A stretch of 64,000 bases of DNA, from positions 675,138 through 739,137 of the forward strand of contig JAWQFM010000026.1 of NCBI GenBank assembly GCA_033442325.1, read 5' to 3'. This stretch comes from Salpingoeca rosetta (lineage: Eukaryota; Protista; Choanoflagellata). The first letter of the stretch is position 1. Every line of letters begins with the position of its first letter. This document shows, in pieces, positions 54,465-64,000 of this stretch. The position numbers were made by a program, and so were the translations under genes. A model generated the notes under the pieces. The model was not told the DNA's origin. It did not search any database and worked only from the letters and a program-made list of their open reading frames with translations.

Positions 54465-56542
54465 GCTGTTGTTGTTGTTGTTGTTGCTTGCCTTTACAGT
54501 CTGCTACATTGCCGAGGCGTTTGACGACTTTCTCGACCCCATCTGCCGCGAGTTTGGGCCCCTCTTCATCCAGATTCTCAGCCTCGAGTCCCACATGGCA
54601 CAGGTGCGGTTCTTGTTGCTGCGCGTCCTTGCCGGTTGGCGTGTGCGTTGTGTAAAGGCGTTTCATGTGAAGACTCTTCATGTGCACGCATGTGTGTGTG
54701 TGGTCTTCGTACATTTCTCGCACGTGTCTCTTCCTCCCTCTCCCTGCATCTCACATCAACCCCCCCCCCCCCGCCTTCCTCACCCGAACACGCCACAGCT
54801 CCCAGCGCTGCGTGCGCTCGGCAGCATAACCGCTGGCGAGGACGAGCAGACGCAGGCTGTGATTGACCTTGGCCTGCTCCCGCTATGCCACCAGCTGTTC
54901 CACAGCAAGAAGGCAAACATCCGCAAGGACACCTGCTGGACCCTCTCCAACATCTGCGCAGGCAGCGAGGAGCAGATTGATGCCGGTGAGCAAGGCAGAA
55001 GCAACAATGATCATGGTGGCAGTGGTGGTGGTGGTGGTGGTGGTGGTGGTGGTGGTGGTGGCAATGGTCTTATTGGTAGTGGTTAACCTGTACCACATAC
55101 GCACGCACGTGTTGCATGCACACGATGTTGATTGTGTAGCCACTTTCGCTCACGTGATGTGCCGATTGACCGCGTTACCTCCCCTCACCTCTCCCTCCCC
55201 CAACAATAACAACCTTGTTTGCTCTCTTGTTTGGTGCGTCGTTTTCCTTGCAGTGATTCACGAGAACCTGCTGACGGCGCTGGTGAACCTTGCGCTCGAG
55301 GACCCCGTGAGCAAGGTGCAGCAGGACGCCTCCTGGTGCCTGTGCAACATCTGCACGCAGGGCCTGCCGCGCCACCGCGACTACGTGCTCAAGAGCGGCG
55401 GTCTCGACGCCATTGCCCTTGTCCTCAACCTCAACATGGTTCGTTCGCCAGTGTTAGTGGGGGTGGGGAAGGAATGTGCTCGTGTATATGTACGTGGGCA
55501 TGTGTGTGTGCGTTTGCTTCGTTGCGGCTGCATTTGTTTCCTTGTAGCTGCGCGAGTACGGCTGTGTGGCTTGTGCTCATCTCGTGCTGCTGCCGTGCGT
55601 GATGACACCAGGACAAGAAGGCGCTGAAGGTGTTCCTTGAGGCCTTGGAGATGCTGCTGCAGCGTGGCGAGCAGCTTGTCAACCAGCAGGAGTTTTCCAG
55701 CAACACTGTCGTCTCCCGCCTCGAAGAAATTGGATGTCAGTATCTCTTCGTGTGTGTGTGCTTCTTGCATGCGAGCGAGAGAGTGTGTGTCTTCTTGCAT
55801 GCATGCAAGCGAGAGAGAGAGTGTGTGTGAGTGAGTGAGAGTGAGTGCTTGTCTTTCAACATTGTGCTTGGCTTTCAACATTGTGCTGGAGCATTTTTGT
55901 TTGTGTGTATACGTGTATGCGTGTGGGGTTTCCCTCGTGCTGATGTTTCATTGTCACAGCCCTGCGGTTTGTCTCACCGCCGTAATGCGCGTTGTGTGTG
56001 CCGTGTTTGAGCAGTCTTGGATACGCTGTACCCGTTGATTGACCACCAGGATGCAGAAGTGAGCGCACAGGCAGCGTCGCTCTCAGACACGTTCTTCAGC
56101 GAAACGGTACGCATCCGCATCCGCATCCCATATATACATGCGTACACAGCACTGTCACACCGCACGATGCTGCATCTCACACGTCTCACCATTACCTGTG
56201 TCCTCACGCGAAACACACAAACACACACACTCTCTCACTCGCACACACACTCGCACACACACTCTCACTCTCACTCACACACTCGCACACACTCTCACTC
56301 ACACACTCGCACACACTCTCACTCTCACTCACACACTCGCACACACACTCGCACACACACACACTCTCTCACACACTCGCACACACTCGCACACACACTC
56401 TTACTCTCACTATCTCACACACACACCACAACTGATGCAACAACAGGAGCAAGAGATTGAGGGCCTGGTTCCCCAACAAGGGGATGGCAGGTACATGTTC
56501 TCTCAGGACGCCGCTCGCGACAAGAACTTTGACAGCATCTAA
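52714..56542 (+). CDS. Importin subunit alpha (karyopherin alpha), multi-exon
   Basis: IBB domain YKNKGK..RREFAVSLRKDKR..KRR; ARM-repeat W/N array AAWVLTN, ACWCLGN, VSWTLSN, TCWTLSN, ASWCLCN; PALRALGSITAGEDEQTQ. Confidence 0.94.
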
Positions 56543-57046
56543 ACCAACCACCAACACACCAGGTGTCGTTAGAAACCTAACGCAAGATGCAGGCGCGTCC
56601 CACGCCATCGTTTATGGTGGTGGCTCTTGCCAGCCTTTCCTGCACACACACACACACACACTCTCTCTCTCTCTCTTCTCCCCTCTTCACCCCTTGTCTT
56701 TTGTCTCTTTCACAACCTCTCTCTCCTCCCCTCTCTTGTCGCTTCTATTTTCGCTCCCTTTTTCTCTTGTCTCTTTCCCTCCCTCCCCCCTCTTTTCTTC
56801 TTTGTTATATTGTCGGTGTTTCTGGTTGCTGCTGCACCCACAGTCCTGTGTTGTTACTTGTCCTGCTCGTGCTTGTTTTGGTGTGCTGTGTCGTTGTCGC
56901 TCTATGTTGATTAGAAGGTTGGGCATTCTGCACGTTTTGTTTTGTGCCAGGTTGCCATTGTCTGTCTCGTACACATACACGGCTCTCTCACCTTCTCCAG
57001 TCTTCATGGACTCTTTGTTTCGCTGAAGCTGGCATTGAAAGTCGCG

Positions 57047-57096
<50 letters not shown>

Positions 57097-57297
57097 TGCT
57101 TGCTTCTTGCTGCTTGGACGTTGGCTGTGGGCTATTGGGTGCGTGTTTCATTTCACTTGGACGGCCAAGAACAGGAACAGTGGTGTGATGACACTGAAAG
57201 CAACAACACTGTTGGTGTTGGTGTTGGTTGGAGGTGTTGTGATGGTTTGCTGATGGCGATGAGTGAGCTGGCTGTCGGATACGTGGTGCCGGCGCGT

Positions 57298-58030
57298 CTA
57301 ACTGAAGTCGTCCTTGTGCATTTCTACATCATATCTGTGCGTGTTGTTTGTGTGGGAGCGCAGGGATGTGAGGGGAACGTTGAATACTTGATAGATAGCA
57401 CTGCTTGCATCCACATTAGCACAAATACACACAGACAGACAGACAGACACACAGACACACAGACACACAGACACACACACACACACACACACATACACAG
57501 ACAGACAGACAGACAGACAGACAGACTCGGTTTGCCGACCTGCTGAGGGTTTGCGGGAGTGTTGCGATGAGTTGACCAAAGCTCTCCTTGTTGTCGTACA
57601 GCTCAATCAGTGGCACCGCGCGCACGTTTCCATTCCCGGGAACAACAAAGTCGCCTGGTGTGAGTGCGTGAGTGAGTGAGTAAGTGAGTGAGTCAGTGAG
57701 TCAGTGAGTCAGTGAGTCAGTGAGTAAGTGAGTGGTGGAGTGAGTGAGTGGGGTGGGTAATAATTGTTCCCAAGAGTGAATCGTGTTGTGAACAGGTTTT
57801 CCAGCAACATGTCACAACAACCAATCAGCTGCACATTGGGCGTACATGACTCTGGCATCTGCACGAGGACGACTTGAATGCGCTCCTTGGGCTTAGTCAC
57901 GTGTGGCGGTTGGTACGGGTACTGACATAGCGTTGGAGAACGGGAAGGGGGGGGGGGTGATGTGATAAGTGATCGATGGGAGAAGTGACAGGCAAACCCG
58001 GGGCCACAAGACAGGCGGACAGGCGAACAG

Positions 58031-58126
<96 letters not shown>

Positions 58127-59222
58127 CGTTGGCTGCTCAAAGTGCGGTCTCCACCACACGGCAGCAAGGTCAACGATGCGAAACTGGTTCAACGCCGGCT
58201 CAGCCACTTGGAATTGCTGCATATGCACACGCAACGACGAGAGGATGAGAGAGGCGGTCATGCAGACAGAGTTGGTGGAGGTGGTGATCGTGCAACGAAA
58301 GAAGAGAGAGAGGCTGCCATCAACAAGCAAGCACGCTCCGTTGTGCACGCACCTCCTGAAGAATTCTGTGCACCGTCTCTTTGCTCGTTTCGTCCGGCTT
58401 GATCTCTGTGTGTGGCCTGCAGGCGACGGCAACAGGCGTACGCATATGTGTCAGAATGGGCGTTCACGAGCGCGAGAACGTATGTGGATGGAGGATGGAC
58501 AAGGGCAGCGAGAAGGATATGCAGAAGAGCAGCCTGCACCAAGGATGAAAGCGAGGCAGCAAAGGACGCCGCCCAAGCTCCTTGCACTTACAGAAGGGAG
58601 AACTTTGGGTGGGGTTGGAGAAGAAGCACGTGTGGGTGCCCGTGCTGTTCCACAAGCATGACGAGCTGCATGGTCTCCACAAGACCGGTCTCGTTGAACT
58701 TGTGCATCAATGCCATCAGCTTCTCGTCCATGGCCCTGAATCATGCACGACACAGCGCAGCTGTCAGCGAGTGTGTGTGCGTGTGCATTTACAATTCACT
58801 CTCTGACACTGAAATAGTTTAGCTGTGTGCATGCGGCTACACGTCAGGGCGTGTCAAAGCTGCAATATTGAACGCGTGTTGTCTCCGCATGCACTCGCGG
58901 TCACAAGGACAAAGCTGGCACAACGTACGACTTTGGCTCCGTCTTGGAGTCATCCTTGAGGATCTTGTAGTTGGAGTTTGGGAAGCTACAACAGGTCATA
59001 CAGGGCGAAAAGCACAACAGCACGGTACGTGAGGAAGTGACAGGGGGATGAACGACGGTGGCAAAAAACGAGGGAAAGAAAACGCAGGTCCGTGAGCTGG
59101 TGGCTGTCGGTGCTGCGACGCATGGGTGCACAAGCGCAAGCGCAAGCGCAAGCGCAAGCGCAAGAACAAGCACACAAAGGCCACCACGCTTACATGTCCA
59201 CGTGTCGGTGTTGAAACGCCAT
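57298..59222 (-). CDS. NUDT21: Cleavage factor Im 25 kDa subunit-like (CFIm25/CPSF5), divergent, multi-exon
   Basis: Spliced product: MAFQHRHVDIFPNSNY..VEQHGHPHVLLLQ..VWWRPHFEQPT|YPYQPPHVTKPKE..FVVPGNGNVRAVPLIELYDN..FGQLIATLPQTLSRYD. Confidence 0.85.
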
Positions 59223-59461
59223 CCTGAGTGTGTGTAGGCGAAGGAGGAGGAGGAGCAGAGCAAGAGGAAGAACGCCAGAGGAGAGGAGGAAGATGTAGGG
59301 AAACAGGCAGGAGAGGGGATATGCCAGTGGCTGGATCGCTGCGATATTGGTCTACTGTTAATGGTGTCGCATGCCGTGGTCCAATTTGCGCGAGAATCCT
59401 CCATCCCAAGAAGCTTGTTTGGGTTGTTTGGTGGTGGTGTGTGGGTGTTGGCGAAGTGACA

Positions 59462-63851
<4,390 letters not shown>

Positions 63852-63906
63852 TACGTGGCTTACTAGGAGTCGTTGGCGGCCGTGTTGTTGTGCCTGTGTG
63901 TGTGTG

Positions 63907-63911
<5 letters not shown>

Positions 63912-63990
<79 letters not shown>

Positions 63991-64000
63991 TCTCTCTCTC
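63912..64000. repeat. (TC)n microsatellite
   Basis: Seen directly. Confidence 0.9.

Overview
Eukaryotic, intron-rich, gene-dense DNA with introns full of (CA)n/(GT)n microsatellites. The gene content (receptor tyrosine kinase, ciliary DLEC1, kinase-TIR) suggests a choanoflagellate such as Salpingoeca; this is inference. Most ORFs in the supplied track are microsatellite artefacts. Manual splicing supports 14 protein-coding genes: Ap4A phosphorylase (5' truncated), TIP41/TIPRL, an FN3 receptor tyrosine kinase that looks catalytically dead, a class 2 DYRK, DLEC1/CFAP81, SAR1, an intronless Rab1-PH-kinase-TIR fusion, CCDC43, a TPR+DUF4470 protein, a WD40 protein, TM9SF3, importin-alpha, a divergent CFIm25/NUDT21, and a secreted or surface EGF/beta-module repeat protein (3' truncated). 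There are two assembly gaps. The standout is the 916-aa gene at 31478-34228. It joins a Rab1 domain with degenerate switch motifs but an intact TITSSYYR, a PH domain, a non-RD kinase and a TIR domain that keeps the catalytic Glu, making it a candidate single-chain integrated-decoy immune sensor. Also notable are the pseudokinase RTK and the recurrent 5'-(GT)n...(CA)n-3' intron architecture. Exon boundaries were inferred by eye from GT-AG sites and frame continuity; no database searches were run.
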